Shown here piece after piece: positions 19,949 through 28,966 of a stretch of DNA of 64,000 nt; the stretch's first letter is position 1; the number at the start of each line of letters is the position of its first letter. The stretch lies in NCBI GenBank assembly GCA_963737905.1, contig CAVTUQ010000034.1, forward strand, positions 32,001-96,000, read 5' to 3'. Under the pieces are notes generated by a model. The model was not told the origin of the DNA and ran no database searches. It was given only the letters and a program-made list of their open reading frames with translations. This DNA comes from an uncultured delta proteobacterium. GTDB lineage: Bacteria; Desulfobacterota; Binatia; UBA9968. A program made the translations under genes and the position numbers.

Positions 19949-21484
19949 ATGGCCGAAACTCTGCACAATCTATATATCGGGTTTTCGGTCGCGCTGTCGC
20001 CGAACGTCCTGCTCTACGCGTTTGTCGGTTGTGTCATCGGCACTCTCGTGGGAGTCCTGCCGGGGGTAGGTCCGCTCGCGGGCATCAGTTTGCTCCTTCC
20101 CGCCTCCTTCGGTATGGACGCGACATCCGCAATGGTTCTACTGGCTGGTATTTACTACGGCGCCATGTACGGCGGATCGACGACATCGATCCTGATGCGC
20201 ATTCCCGGCGAGGCGGCCTCCGTTATGACCTGCATCGACGGATACGAAATGACGCGCAATGGCCGAGCCGGAGCGGCTTTGGCCATAGCAGCGGTAGGCT
20301 CCTATGTTGCCGGGACGGTTAGTGTTGTGGCCCTCATGCTTTTGGCGCCACCCCTGGCAAGCTTCGCTCTGCGTTTCGGGCCGCCCGAATATTTCGCTCT
20401 TTTGCTACTAGGTCTCCTAGCGCTCGCCTACATGAGCGGCGGCTCGATCCTCAAGTCTCTGGCCATGGCAGCGTTGGGTCTTCTCCTGGGTATGATCGGC
20501 ATCGATCCTATGACGGGCTTTTTTCGTTTTAGTTATGGGCTGGTGGAGTTGGGCGACGGGATTGGAATCGTTCCAGTGGCGGTGGGACTGTTTGGTCTTT
20601 CGGAAATCTTGCTGACCGCCGGACAACCGACTCCGCCTGAAATCAAGAAGCCCGGGTTGAGAGAGCTTCTCCCTTCGCGTGAAGAATGGCGCGATTCGCT
20701 TTGGCCCATAGGTCGGGGAACCGTTCTTGGCTTTTTGATCGGCATCATACCCGGCTCTGCCCACATCATATCGTCTTTCGTCTCATATGCGGTGGAGCGG
20801 CGGCTTTCCAAGCATCCCGAGCGCTTTGGAAAAGGCGCGATAGAGGGGGTCGCCGGTCCGGAATCGGCCAACAACTCGGCGACCTCGGGAGCCTTTGTTC
20901 CGATGCTTGCGCTGGGCGTCCCGTCCGGTCCCATCCCGGCCGTGATGATCGCGGCCATGATGGTCCACGGAATCTCGCCGGGACCTCTTTTGATCGCTCA
21001 ACAACCGGAGCTTTTCTGGGGTTTCATCGCGAGCATGTACGTGGGAAACGTGGTGCTGTTGATCCTCAATCTTCCGTTGGTAGGGATTTTCGTCAATGTT
21101 CTGAAAGTTCCGTATCCACTGCTTTATCCGGCGATTCTGATGTTTTGCGTTCTCGGCGTCTATGCCGTCAACGGGAGCGTTGTCGACATCGGGATCATGA
21201 CGGTGATGGGCGCACTCGGCTACGTGCTCCGCAAGTTTGACTTTGAGACCGCGCCGGTAGTATTGGGGCTGATATTGGCGCCGATGATGGAGATGAGCTT
21301 TCGCCAGTCCCTTTCGATGTCCTCGGGCAGCTATAGCATTTTCTTCAATCGCCCCATCGCGTTGGTGATGTTGATGGTGGCGCTGGCACTTCTCTTATTG
21401 AGCGTTGCGCCTTGGCTCATGAAAACGTTGGATTGGCGGCAAAGATTCGGACTTGCGAGTGGGCAGGAGAAGGAAGGCATGTGA
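19949..21484 (+). CDS. tctA: Tripartite tricarboxylate transporter permease TctA
   Basis: GTLVGVLPG.G, YYGAMYGGS, IPGEAASVMTCIDGY, GVAGPESANNS. Confidence 0.95.
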   Translation: MAETLHNLYIGFSVALSPNVLLYAFVGCVIGTLVGVLPGVGPLAGISLLLPASFGMDATSAMVLLAGIYYGAMYGGSTTSILMRIPGEAASVMTCIDGYEMTRNGRAGAALAIAAVGSYVAGTVSVVALMLLAPPLASFALRFGPPEYFALLLLGLLALAYMSGGSILKSLAMAALGLLLGMIGIDPMTGFFRFSYGLVELGDGIGIVPVAVGLFGLSEILLTAGQPTPPEIKKPGLRELLPSREEWRDSLWPIGRGTVLGFLIGIIPGSAHIISSFVSYAVERRLSKHPERFGKGAIEGVAGPESANNSATSGAFVPMLALGVPSGPIPAVMIAAMMVHGISPGPLLIAQQPELFWGFIASMYVGNVVLLILNLPLVGIFVNVLKVPYPLLYPAILMFCVLGVYAVNGSVVDIGIMTVMGALGYVLRKFDFETAPVVLGLILAPMMEMSFRQSLSMSSGSYSIFFNRPIALVMLMVALALLLLSVAPWLMKTLDWRQRFGLASGQEKEGM

Positions 21485-21509
21485 TTATCCGGCACGCGGG
21501 AGGTGAAAA

Positions 21510-22544
21510 ATGAGAGAGATCTACCGTCAAGATGCGCTGTGGCTACATAGACAGATCTATTTTATCCTGGCTCTACTGAGTGTAATTATTTTACTTTTCA
21601 GCCTCACCGCTGAATCTTTTGGACAAGAGAGCTATCCCAACCGTCCGATCACGATTGTCGCTCCGTTTCCTCCCGGTGGGGTCGCCGACCTGACGGCACG
21701 ACCCGTCGCAGCAGCGATGGAGAAGGTGCTGAAAAATCCTGTCGTGGTCGTCAACAAGACCGGAGCTGCGGGCGCGGTGGGGATGTCATATGTGGCGAAC
21801 AGCAAACCCGACGGCTACACCCTCCTGATGGCACTTTCCAGCATCTCGATCATTCCTGAAGCGGACAAGCTCTTCGACCGTAAGCCCGCGTACACCATGG
21901 AGCAGCTCATTCCGATCGGGCTGATTTCCGCTGATCCTACGATATTCGTGGTCAATGCGGATCGTCCGTGGAAAAACGTGAAGGAGTTCGTCGAAGACGC
22001 GAAGAAACGTCCGGGCGAGATTTCATACTCGTCCTCCGGCGTGTATGGCACGTTGCATATGGCGATGGAGATGTTTTCTCATGCCGCAGGGATTAATCTG
22101 AAGCACGTGCCGTACGCAGGAGCGGGTCCGGCTCTCACGGCAATCCTGGGTGGTCATGTGGACACGCTGGCATCCGGACCAGCCGTGGTCATCCCCCATA
22201 TCAAAGCCGGGAAGCTACGGCCCTTGGCGGGATGGGGCGCAAAACGGGTCGCTTCTCTCCCCGACGTTCCTACCTTCAAGGAGCTGGGATACGACATCGA
22301 GTTTTATATCTGGGCAGGCCTGTTTGCGCCGCGAGGAACACCCGCTCCGGTGATGCAAAAAGCCCGAGAATCCGTCAAGCAGGCAGTGAACACTCCGGAA
22401 TTCAAGTCAGCTATGGAAAAACTAGAGACCCCGATTGCCTATCTTGATGCGCCCGAGTTCCAGAAATTTTGGCAGAAGGACGCAAAGATGCTCGCCGATG
22501 CGATCAAGCGCGTAGGAAAAGTCGAGATCCCGGTAGCAAAATGA
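21510..22544 (+). CDS. tctC: Tripartite tricarboxylate transporter substrate-binding protein (TctC/Bug)
   Basis: YPNRPITIVAPFPPGG..D, NKTGAAG, KPDGYTLL, HVPYAG, LPDVPTFKELG. Confidence 0.9.
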   Translation: MREIYRQDALWLHRQIYFILALLSVIILLFSLTAESFGQESYPNRPITIVAPFPPGGVADLTARPVAAAMEKVLKNPVVVVNKTGAAGAVGMSYVANSKPDGYTLLMALSSISIIPEADKLFDRKPAYTMEQLIPIGLISADPTIFVVNADRPWKNVKEFVEDAKKRPGEISYSSSGVYGTLHMAMEMFSHAAGINLKHVPYAGAGPALTAILGGHVDTLASGPAVVIPHIKAGKLRPLAGWGAKRVASLPDVPTFKELGYDIEFYIWAGLFAPRGTPAPVMQKARESVKQAVNTPEFKSAMEKLETPIAYLDAPEFQKFWQKDAKMLADAIKRVGKVEIPVAK

Positions 22545-22614
22545 AGCATTGGAGCAATTGTCGAAAGGCTCAGCCGGTTGAACGCATGGGTGTTTTTCTG
22601 TGCATGTTAGGTTG

Positions 22615-22933
22615 GGGTCTTCAGGCTTTGACGTGAAACAGGCTCGGAGATTGCACCGCGGAGGCGCGGAGGACGCGGAGTAATGAGTTCTTGGTTAAAA
22701 AATTTTCCGATCTCTGCGAGCTCCGTACTACTATGCTGCGAAATTTTCGCGGCTTGCGCAAATTTTCTATCAGAGGGATTAACCACAAAGAACGCATAGA
22801 ACACAAAAAAGATAATTGTTCTTTCCTGCGACCTTTGTGTTCTTTGCGGTTAAATCTCTCCTTTACTTTGGTTGCGGCTTCGCCGCGCTGGGCCTCTGTG
22901 GTGATACTTTTTCACAGGAAACCCGGAATAACC
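22615..22933. mobile_element. Filled copy of the 19237-19390 element with a ~165-bp insertion at about 22726-22890
   Basis: Flanks align with 19237-19390; insert starts TACTACTATGCTGCG, ends TTTGGTTGCGGCTTCGCCGCGCTG, and contains its own AACCACAAAG..CTTTGCGGTT palindrome. Confidence 0.75.
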
Positions 22934-22954
22934 GTAGGTCAAGCGAGGTATAAG

Positions 22955-24229
22955 ATGACTCTTGATCGAGTTTACAAACAGATGACCATGAAGCGGATCT
23001 GGATCCTCGTAGCCTCATTTTGGTTGTTGCTAGCAAATAACGCTGGGGCTGCGACTAAGGGCGGCGTACCGCTCCGCGTGGCGTACAGCTCGATTTCGGG
23101 AGCTGGCATTGTGACATGGCTCGCCGTCGATAGAGGTTTATTTGCGAAAAACAATCTGGACGTCGAATTGATTTACGTCGCCGGCTCCCAGGCGATGCAG
23201 TCGCTGCTCGGCGGCACGACGCCGATCGGCATCCAGGGTATCGAGCCGGTCTTTCGAGTAAACGCCCACGGCAACGACACGGTAATGATCCTGGGGATGG
23301 TGACCAAGCCGCCCTTTTCGATCATCGTGCGCCCCGAGATCAAGGACTACCGCGAGCTCAAGGGCAAGCCCATGGGCATCACTCGTTACGGTTCGTCAAC
23401 GGATATGCTTCTCCGCCTGTCGCTGGAAAAATGGGGATTCAAGCCCGAGGTTGACGTGCCGATTCTGCAAATGGGCGGGGTGCCGCCGATCTTGGCCGGG
23501 ATGGAGTCGCGGAAAATTTTCGGCGGGCCGCTGTCCCTACCGACGTTAGCGCGGGCGAAGCAGGAAGGATACCGCGAGCTGGCTGACGTGGCGGATCTGG
23601 TTCCGGACTATCAGGTGGCCGGAGTGGTTACCCGGCGAGCGTTTATCAAACAGAACCCCGAAGTCGTTCGGGGTTTTGTCAAAGCGATCGCGGAGGCGAT
23701 GGCGTTATTCAGAAAAGATCCCGAGTCCGTAAGGAAGGTAATGAAAGAGCGGCTCAAGATCGACGATTCAGTAGTTATCGAGGAAACGCAGAAGGACTAT
23801 CCGCGCTATATGCCTAAAGTTCCCTACCCCAGCCGGGCCGGCATCGCGGTGATCAAAGCGTTCTTGGATAAGAACGAGCCGGCCGTGCGTTCGCTGGCGA
23901 TCGACGATCAGATCGACAATCAGTTCGTGCGCGAGCTTGAACAGAGTGGGTTTTTTAACAGTCCCATACGCCAAGTGACGGGGCGCAGAAAACACACTCT
24001 TCCGCCAACTCTTTCTCTCCCTTCAGGCAAAATCCGCTTCACGGATAGAAATATCGCGTGCGAAGAAGTCGCCGAACCCGCTTCGCCTTTGCGAGCCTGT
24101 GAATCAGCTTCGATTGTCAGCCCTATTGATAATAGGCAGCCCAGCTTTTGTCGTCCCGCTACGCTTCAAAGAATCCTTGACATCTACTTGTCGGAGCAGG
24201 AAAATCCCGATGGCTCATTCAAATTTTAG
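22955..24229 (+). CDS. SsuA/NMT1-like substrate-binding protein; recognisable domain ends near 23960 and the ORF reads on into non-homologous DNA
   Basis: Signal peptide, GLFAKNNLDVELIY, LKGKPMGITRYGS, FVRELEQSGFF, then about 90 aa with no family resemblance. Confidence 0.75.
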   Translation: MTLDRVYKQMTMKRIWILVASFWLLLANNAGAATKGGVPLRVAYSSISGAGIVTWLAVDRGLFAKNNLDVELIYVAGSQAMQSLLGGTTPIGIQGIEPVFRVNAHGNDTVMILGMVTKPPFSIIVRPEIKDYRELKGKPMGITRYGSSTDMLLRLSLEKWGFKPEVDVPILQMGGVPPILAGMESRKIFGGPLSLPTLARAKQEGYRELADVADLVPDYQVAGVVTRRAFIKQNPEVVRGFVKAIAEAMALFRKDPESVRKVMKERLKIDDSVVIEETQKDYPRYMPKVPYPSRAGIAVIKAFLDKNEPAVRSLAIDDQIDNQFVRELEQSGFFNSPIRQVTGRRKHTLPPTLSLPSGKIRFTDRNIACEEVAEPASPLRACESASIVSPIDNRQPSFCRPATLQRILDIYLSEQENPDGSFKF

Positions 24230-24267
24230 GATCGTACTAGGTTGAACAACAGACTCAATAGTTAGGC
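24177..24267 (+). promoter_or_regulatory. Second type of Pc-like promoter with putative attI-like site
   Basis: TTGACA-17 bp-GAAAAT, then GACTCAATA/GTTAGGC, compared with CACTTAATA/GTTAG in the 177-bp leaders. Confidence 0.55.
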
Positions 24268-24277
24268 AATATGAAAA

Positions 24278-25216
24278 GTGAACATTTTTGAGAAATATCC
24301 CGGTAGCACCTTCCTGAAAAATCTTCCCGACGATTCGGAATTCTTTCCTCTCCGTGAAAGAATCGTTGACCTTTTTCGATTCCTCGACGGCCTCGAAGAT
24401 CGTCATTTCGAGCAACAACTCGACCGAGATCCGCACGCGCGATTGTGGGAAATGATGTTGGCGATGGTATTGAAATCTGAAGGCTATGAACTAAAGAGTA
24501 CCGATCACGGACCAGATTTTGTCATCGAAAAAAAGGGCAACCGGGTTTTCATAGAGGCCGTTTGTCCGGGGCCAGGAGACGAGAGCAATCCTAACTCGGT
24601 TCCGCCAATAGTCCACGGAGCGCCAATAGCTCAGGAAGTCCCTGTACCACAGATCGTCTTGCGTATTCGCAGCGCACTTGAGGACAAGAAGCGGAAATAT
24701 AAAAACTATATCGAACAAGGAATCGTATCTTCGGACGACTGTTGTGTTATCGCGCTCAGCTCATCGAAACTCAGCCCCAGGGCCAAATCGTGGCCACCGA
24801 CAATCATGAGGGCAACCCACGGTTTGGGAAATCCATATGTGATATTTGGCAAGGGTGAAGGAGTTGTCGGTGAAGGCATTGAATCATGTGAGAGCATTTC
24901 GAAGGTCAGCGGGGAGGACATCGACACGAGGTTTTTTCTATCTGAGGAGAATGGTTTAATCTCAGCGGTGTTGTATTCAGACTGCTCATTTTTTTCTTTG
25001 GTCTTCGACGTGTTTGAAGAATCGATGTTTATCCACAATCCAAAAGCACGTGTGCCCGTCCCTCAGGGGCTTGTCAAAGGAATAAAAGAGATTTGGACAA
25101 TACGTTGCCACGACAGTTCAGAGTGGCGGGCATACAGAATAAGGGATGCCCAACAAACGGCTGAGGCAACGGCGAAAACACCGTGCCTCAGCCTTAGCGT
25201 TAGACAATTGCGATGA
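24278..25216 (+). CDS. Hypothetical cassette protein, possible PD-(D/E)XK nuclease-like fold
   Basis: Visibly more AT-rich than its neighbours; WE...GPDF.....FIEA pattern; ORF reads through the attC. Confidence 0.6.
   Translation: MNIFEKYPGSTFLKNLPDDSEFFPLRERIVDLFRFLDGLEDRHFEQQLDRDPHARLWEMMLAMVLKSEGYELKSTDHGPDFVIEKKGNRVFIEAVCPGPGDESNPNSVPPIVHGAPIAQEVPVPQIVLRIRSALEDKKRKYKNYIEQGIVSSDDCCVIALSSSKLSPRAKSWPPTIMRATHGLGNPYVIFGKGEGVVGEGIESCESISKVSGEDIDTRFFLSEENGLISAVLYSDCSFFSLVFDVFEESMFIHNPKARVPVPQGLVKGIKEIWTIRCHDSSEWRAYRIRDAQQTAEATAKTPCLSLSVRQLR
25148..25205 (+). mobile_element. attC site (58 bp)
   Basis: R'' GCCCAAC, GGCTGAGGCA.CGG / CCGTGCCTCAGCC stem, R' GTTAGAC. Confidence 0.85.
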
Positions 25217-25359
25217 AATCATCGACTACTGCCACGCTTGGCGGCCTCGTGGGACGCCTGTTTTTGCGGCCGGTCGGGTCGAGTCGACCGGCGGCCATCA
25301 TAGCTTGGTGGGAGAGGCGGCGAATTGCTTACAACCTCATTGTCGGCCTGGTGGGCGCC

Positions 25360-25464
25360 GTCACCCATACGTATCATGGAGAAGCGGAACAGAGTGCACG
25401 AGTACGGCTGATATCAGCGCGAAAAGCAACAAAGAATGAAAAGAAGCAATACCAGAGGAAATAA
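25360..25464 (+). pseudogene. BrnT-like toxin C-terminal fragment fused to an unrelated cassette remnant
   Basis: VTHTY...RVRLISARKATKNEKKQY motif. Confidence 0.65.
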
Positions 25465-25467
25465 AAT

Positions 25468-25668
25468 ATGAGACGAGAATATGATTTTTCGAAAGCCGTT
25501 CGAGGAAAATTTTATCGGAAAGGCGCCGAACTGCGGTTACCCATTTATCTCGACCCTAAACTGCAGAGCAAACTGGAGCGCATTGCTCGCAGGAAAGGCA
25601 AGGATGTCACCGAGATGGTCAATCAGTTGCTGCGGAAAGACATCGAGTTTCTTGAAGAACTGACCTGA
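25468..25668 (+). CDS. BrnA/CopG-like antitoxin
   Basis: MRREYDFSKAVRGKFY...IYLD...VNQLL; directly after the BrnT fragment. Confidence 0.7.
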   Translation: MRREYDFSKAVRGKFYRKGAELRLPIYLDPKLQSKLERIARRKGKDVTEMVNQLLRKDIEFLEELT

Positions 25669-25680
25669 ACCAACTTGCAG

Positions 25681-25761
25681 CCCTAACCAGCGGCTTGAGA
25701 AAGACATGCGGCCCCCCTCGCAAAGCTCGCGGACCGTCGCTTCTCAGCCTTCGCGTTAACC
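25681..25761 (+). mobile_element. attC site (81 bp)
   Basis: CCCTAAC, GGCTTGAGAA / TTCTCAGCC stem with a bulged base, GTTAACC. Confidence 0.75.
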
Positions 25762-25825
25762 CGGAGATTGAATTGAATCCTTTATCTCTCCAACCTTTTT
25801 TGTGATCAGTTCGCGACGGGTCTTG

Positions 25826-26773
25826 TCACCGGCCGACGGGCGCAAAGAGATCGCTAAGCTTCGGCCGATAGGGGATATATCCCTGTTCTTCCGCGTACTG
25901 GACGAATTTTTCCAGCACGACCTGGTTCTCCGGAGTTAAGCCGTGCGCCCAGGGATTGTCACCGAAAACTTCTTCCTCTTCTTCCAGGATCAATACCGCG
26001 CTCGGAAACGCTGAGCGCTTGGCGTAGTCATAGGATTTTCGGCAAAGCTTCTCTGCCTCACCGAACGCGTTCAAGAGGCTGGACACGATCCATGGATGCT
26101 GGTCGAAGAGGGACTGCCGCACGACCAGAGTATGAGTGATCGGAAAAATTCTTCGTCTTGCGAAAGTATTCGTTTACCGTGGCCCGCGGGTCCTTGAAGA
26201 CACGGCGAATGCGGGGATCTTTCGCTCGAAACGATGGCACGATGTTGGGCGGAATCAGCGCGTCGATTTCGCCACGCAGCAGTAGCGCCTCGGTGGGCTC
26301 GTCCACAACGGTTATGTTGACACCCGCCGGCGGTTCATAACCGGCTCGTTCGGGCGCCGAGGTGAACCACTTGCAGTCTTCCGGCCGCACCCCGTGATAT
26401 TCCCGGAGAATTCCTCTAGCCCAAAGGCCCACGGTCAAGCGGTACTCATCCATGCCGATTTTCTTGCCTTTGAGATCCTCTGGCCGCTCGATTCCCGAGG
26501 AAGCCGAGCAAAAAATGTAAGGGTGAATCTGCATGCGCAGCGGAAAAATCGGCAGCGCGATGACCGGCTCGTTGCGGCAGCGCGCCATCATGTACCAGGA
26601 GAGCGACATCTCGGCGATGTCGAATTCTTCGTAGACCGGGCGCATGCACGCTTCGCCGGATTCGGCGCGTCGCGGCTGAAGCCGTATGCCCTCAGCCGAA
26701 ACTTCGCCAGAGAGGAGGGGCCGTGTCCGATGATAATCCGCGAGCATGAGCGTCAGTTCGAGATCTGTGCCAT
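25826..26773 (-). CDS. 4,5-dihydroxyphthalate decarboxylase-like protein (frameshifts near 26768 and 26148)
   Basis: EFDIAEMSLS, IALPIFP, DLKGKKIG..EY..T.GLWARGIL...HGV, FPITHTLV, PWAHGL. Confidence 0.75.
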
Positions 26774-26825
26774 GGTGGTTCCTCCGAACAGTTGTCGGTA
26801 AGTGATTCTGTTTTCGTCACATTGG

Positions 26826-26882
26826 TTTCAGGTTTCGGGTTTCAGTCGGGAAGGCACCGAGACCTGAAACCTGAAACCCGAA
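26826..26882. repeat. Hairpin of inverted 7-mer arrays
   Basis: TTTCAGG TTTCGGG TTTCAG ... CCTGAAA CCTGAAA CCCGAA. Confidence 0.6.
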
Positions 26883-26888
26883 GCCTTT

Positions 26889-27872
26889 TCATCGGCTCTG
26901 GCCGAGCGCTTTCAGTAAAAACTGCCGGGTGAAAAACTTTTCCGCACCACCGAGTTTTTTTGCTTCCGTCTCGATGCGCGTGGCGGCGATCAGGGACTCG
27001 ACATCGTCTTTGGTGATTGAAATCGAGTACAGCCCGGCAAACTGGTTGATCACTTTGCGCACCGTTGCCGGATCGCCGAAGGTGTTTTTCTTGATCACGG
27101 CATCTGCGACTTTGTCAGGATTCTTCTTGAGAAAATCCAGCCCCCGATTGATGGCCCGCAAGAGCGCGACTGCGCCCTCGGGATCGCTTTCGATTTTCTC
27201 TTTGCCGGAAACAATGACCACGAATGGGAAGCCGGGCATGACGCTGCCGATGTCGAAGAGGACGGGAAAGCCTTTTTTTTCAAGCTCCAACCTTTCCAAA
27301 AAAGAAAACGGGGAGGCCTGAATCTTGCCCGTTTCCAACGCCTGGGCGCGCGCCGGACTGTTGCCGACGCCGTAGAGAATCTTATAATCCCGGTCGCGCA
27401 CCAGTCCTTTCTTGGCGAGGCCTTCCACAGCAGCAAACTCCGCGATGCCGCCGGGACCCGTTACGCCGACCACTTTGCCTTTCAGATCGCCCACGCCGGT
27501 CATCCCTTTGGCGCCGACCAAGGTGTAATCCATATACGGTTGGATGCCGCTAATGATGATCATGGGCGCGTTTTGCGCGATCGCCCGAACCGCCGCGATT
27601 CCGGCGACGAAAATATAATCCACACCGCCGCCGACGAGGGCGGCCATAGCCGTCGGTCCGCCTCTGATAAAGACCGTTTTAACTTCCAAACCTTCGGCGG
27701 CGAAGAAGCCAAAATCCTGAGCAACAACGATGGCCAGCGTCCCGCTCAAGGTCGGGGTGTTATAAGCGAAGGTTACGGGCTTCGCCATAGCATGGACTGG
27801 CCAACCCAAGCAGATCAAAATTAAAATTAGAATCAGCCGGTTGTTTCTCCTGGCAGCACTCCAATATTCCAT
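26889..27872 (-). CDS. SsuA/NMT1-like substrate-binding protein
   Basis: Signal peptide, GFFAAEGLEVK, DLKGKVVGVTGPG. Confidence 0.85.
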   Translation of the reverse strand: MEYWSAARRNNRLILILILICLGWPVHAMAKPVTFAYNTPTLSGTLAIVVAQDFGFFAAEGLEVKTVFIRGGPTAMAALVGGGVDYIFVAGIAAVRAIAQNAPMIIISGIQPYMDYTLVGAKGMTGVGDLKGKVVGVTGPGGIAEFAAVEGLAKKGLVRDRDYKILYGVGNSPARAQALETGKIQASPFSFLERLELEKKGFPVLFDIGSVMPGFPFVVIVSGKEKIESDPEGAVALLRAINRGLDFLKKNPDKVADAVIKKNTFGDPATVRKVINQFAGLYSISITKDDVESLIAATRIETEAKKLGGAEKFFTRQFLLKALGQSR

Positions 27873-27895
27873 TACTCCAATACTCCAATCGTCTC

Positions 27896-28909
27896 TTACA
27901 GATCGAGGGTACTTTCCGCGAAAAGTTCTTCCACCTTCATCTTCTTGGAGGTGAGGCCTTGTTCGTGAGAGAAATCGATCAGCGTCTCGAGCATTTTACG
28001 GTTGGCTTTGACGCCGTAAGGGTATGGGTCGGTGCCGAACATCTCCTGGGTCCGGGCCAGATATTCGCGGCCGAAGAACAGCGCTGACGGAATGCTGTCA
28101 ACGAGCTTTGCGTTGAAGTGCTCCTTCGCCTTGACGAAGCCCGTGTACAGATTAAAGGCCACCCAGGGATATTTCTTGTAGACATCGCCGCGAATCGTGT
28201 AGGCGTGATTGACCGGAAGAAAACCCCACTTCTTGAAGAAACGCGCGCCCTCCGCCATGCGGTCGGGAAAAAGTAGTTTGACTTTACTCCAGTCGCCTTC
28301 CGCTCCCGGAATGCGATGTGACCGGCCGATGATGTCGGGAATGTTTTTCCAAGGGCTGTTTATGGCGGCGGCGTCCAGCTCGTTGTTCACTAGCATCGAC
28401 GCCATGCTTTTGTCCGTCGGAATGCGCTGAAACGAGATCCCCGGCGGCGGCGTGAAGCCGGTGGCGCCGCCGTGGCTCAACTCTTCGGTCCTCTCCATGT
28501 ACCAATGGACTTTGTATTGCGACACGCCAAAGTCGTGTTCGAGTAATCCTCGCTGCCACAATGCAGCGGTTTGTTGGTATTCCCCCACGCCGATGCGTTT
28601 GCCGACGAGGTCGCCCGGCTGTTTAATGCCGGAGTCCGTGTTATAGGAAACCTCGGTATGGAACAAGCGCCGGCTGGGAAAAACCGGGAGCGCGATCATG
28701 TCGAAGCCGCGCTCGCGAGCGATTAAATACGAGGACATCGACATTTCGCCGACCTCGAACTCCTGAAACTTGAGCTGCCGCCAGAAGGTTTCTGATGGAT
28801 GTGAGTAAGTCGGGACAATTTCGATGCCTTCAGCCTGCACAACTCCTTTCATTAACGGGTCGACTCTTTCGTTAAACGCGGAAATGAAGCTCAATCTGAG
28901 TTTGGGCAT
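27896..28909 (-). CDS. 4,5-dihydroxyphthalate decarboxylase-like protein, paralog
   Basis: FWRQLKFQEFEVGEMSMSS, ALPVFPSR, GVGEYQQTAALW.RG.L, PVNH, DPYPYGVKANR; no signal peptide. Confidence 0.8.
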   Translation of the reverse strand: MPKLRLSFISAFNERVDPLMKGVVQAEGIEIVPTYSHPSETFWRQLKFQEFEVGEMSMSSYLIARERGFDMIALPVFPSRRLFHTEVSYNTDSGIKQPGDLVGKRIGVGEYQQTAALWQRGLLEHDFGVSQYKVHWYMERTEELSHGGATGFTPPPGISFQRIPTDKSMASMLVNNELDAAAINSPWKNIPDIIGRSHRIPGAEGDWSKVKLLFPDRMAEGARFFKKWGFLPVNHAYTIRGDVYKKYPWVAFNLYTGFVKAKEHFNAKLVDSIPSALFFGREYLARTQEMFGTDPYPYGVKANRKMLETLIDFSHEQGLTSKKMKVEELFAESTLDL

Positions 28910-28966
28910 CGTGTCTCCTTTTGATGTGATTCCACGCAGCTTGCTGCGGGATTCATTAGACCGCCA

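Noticed and set aside
22691-22954. N-terminal extension of the 512-aa ORF and small ORFs over 19165-19542 and 29931-30225
   Set aside because: They translate palindromic repeat DNA; the real gene starts downstream.
28931-28951. Hairpin TCCACGCAGCTTGCTGCGGGA as an IS200/IS605 end
   Set aside because: Single short palindrome with no partner end or tnpA/tnpB nearby; cannot be supported.
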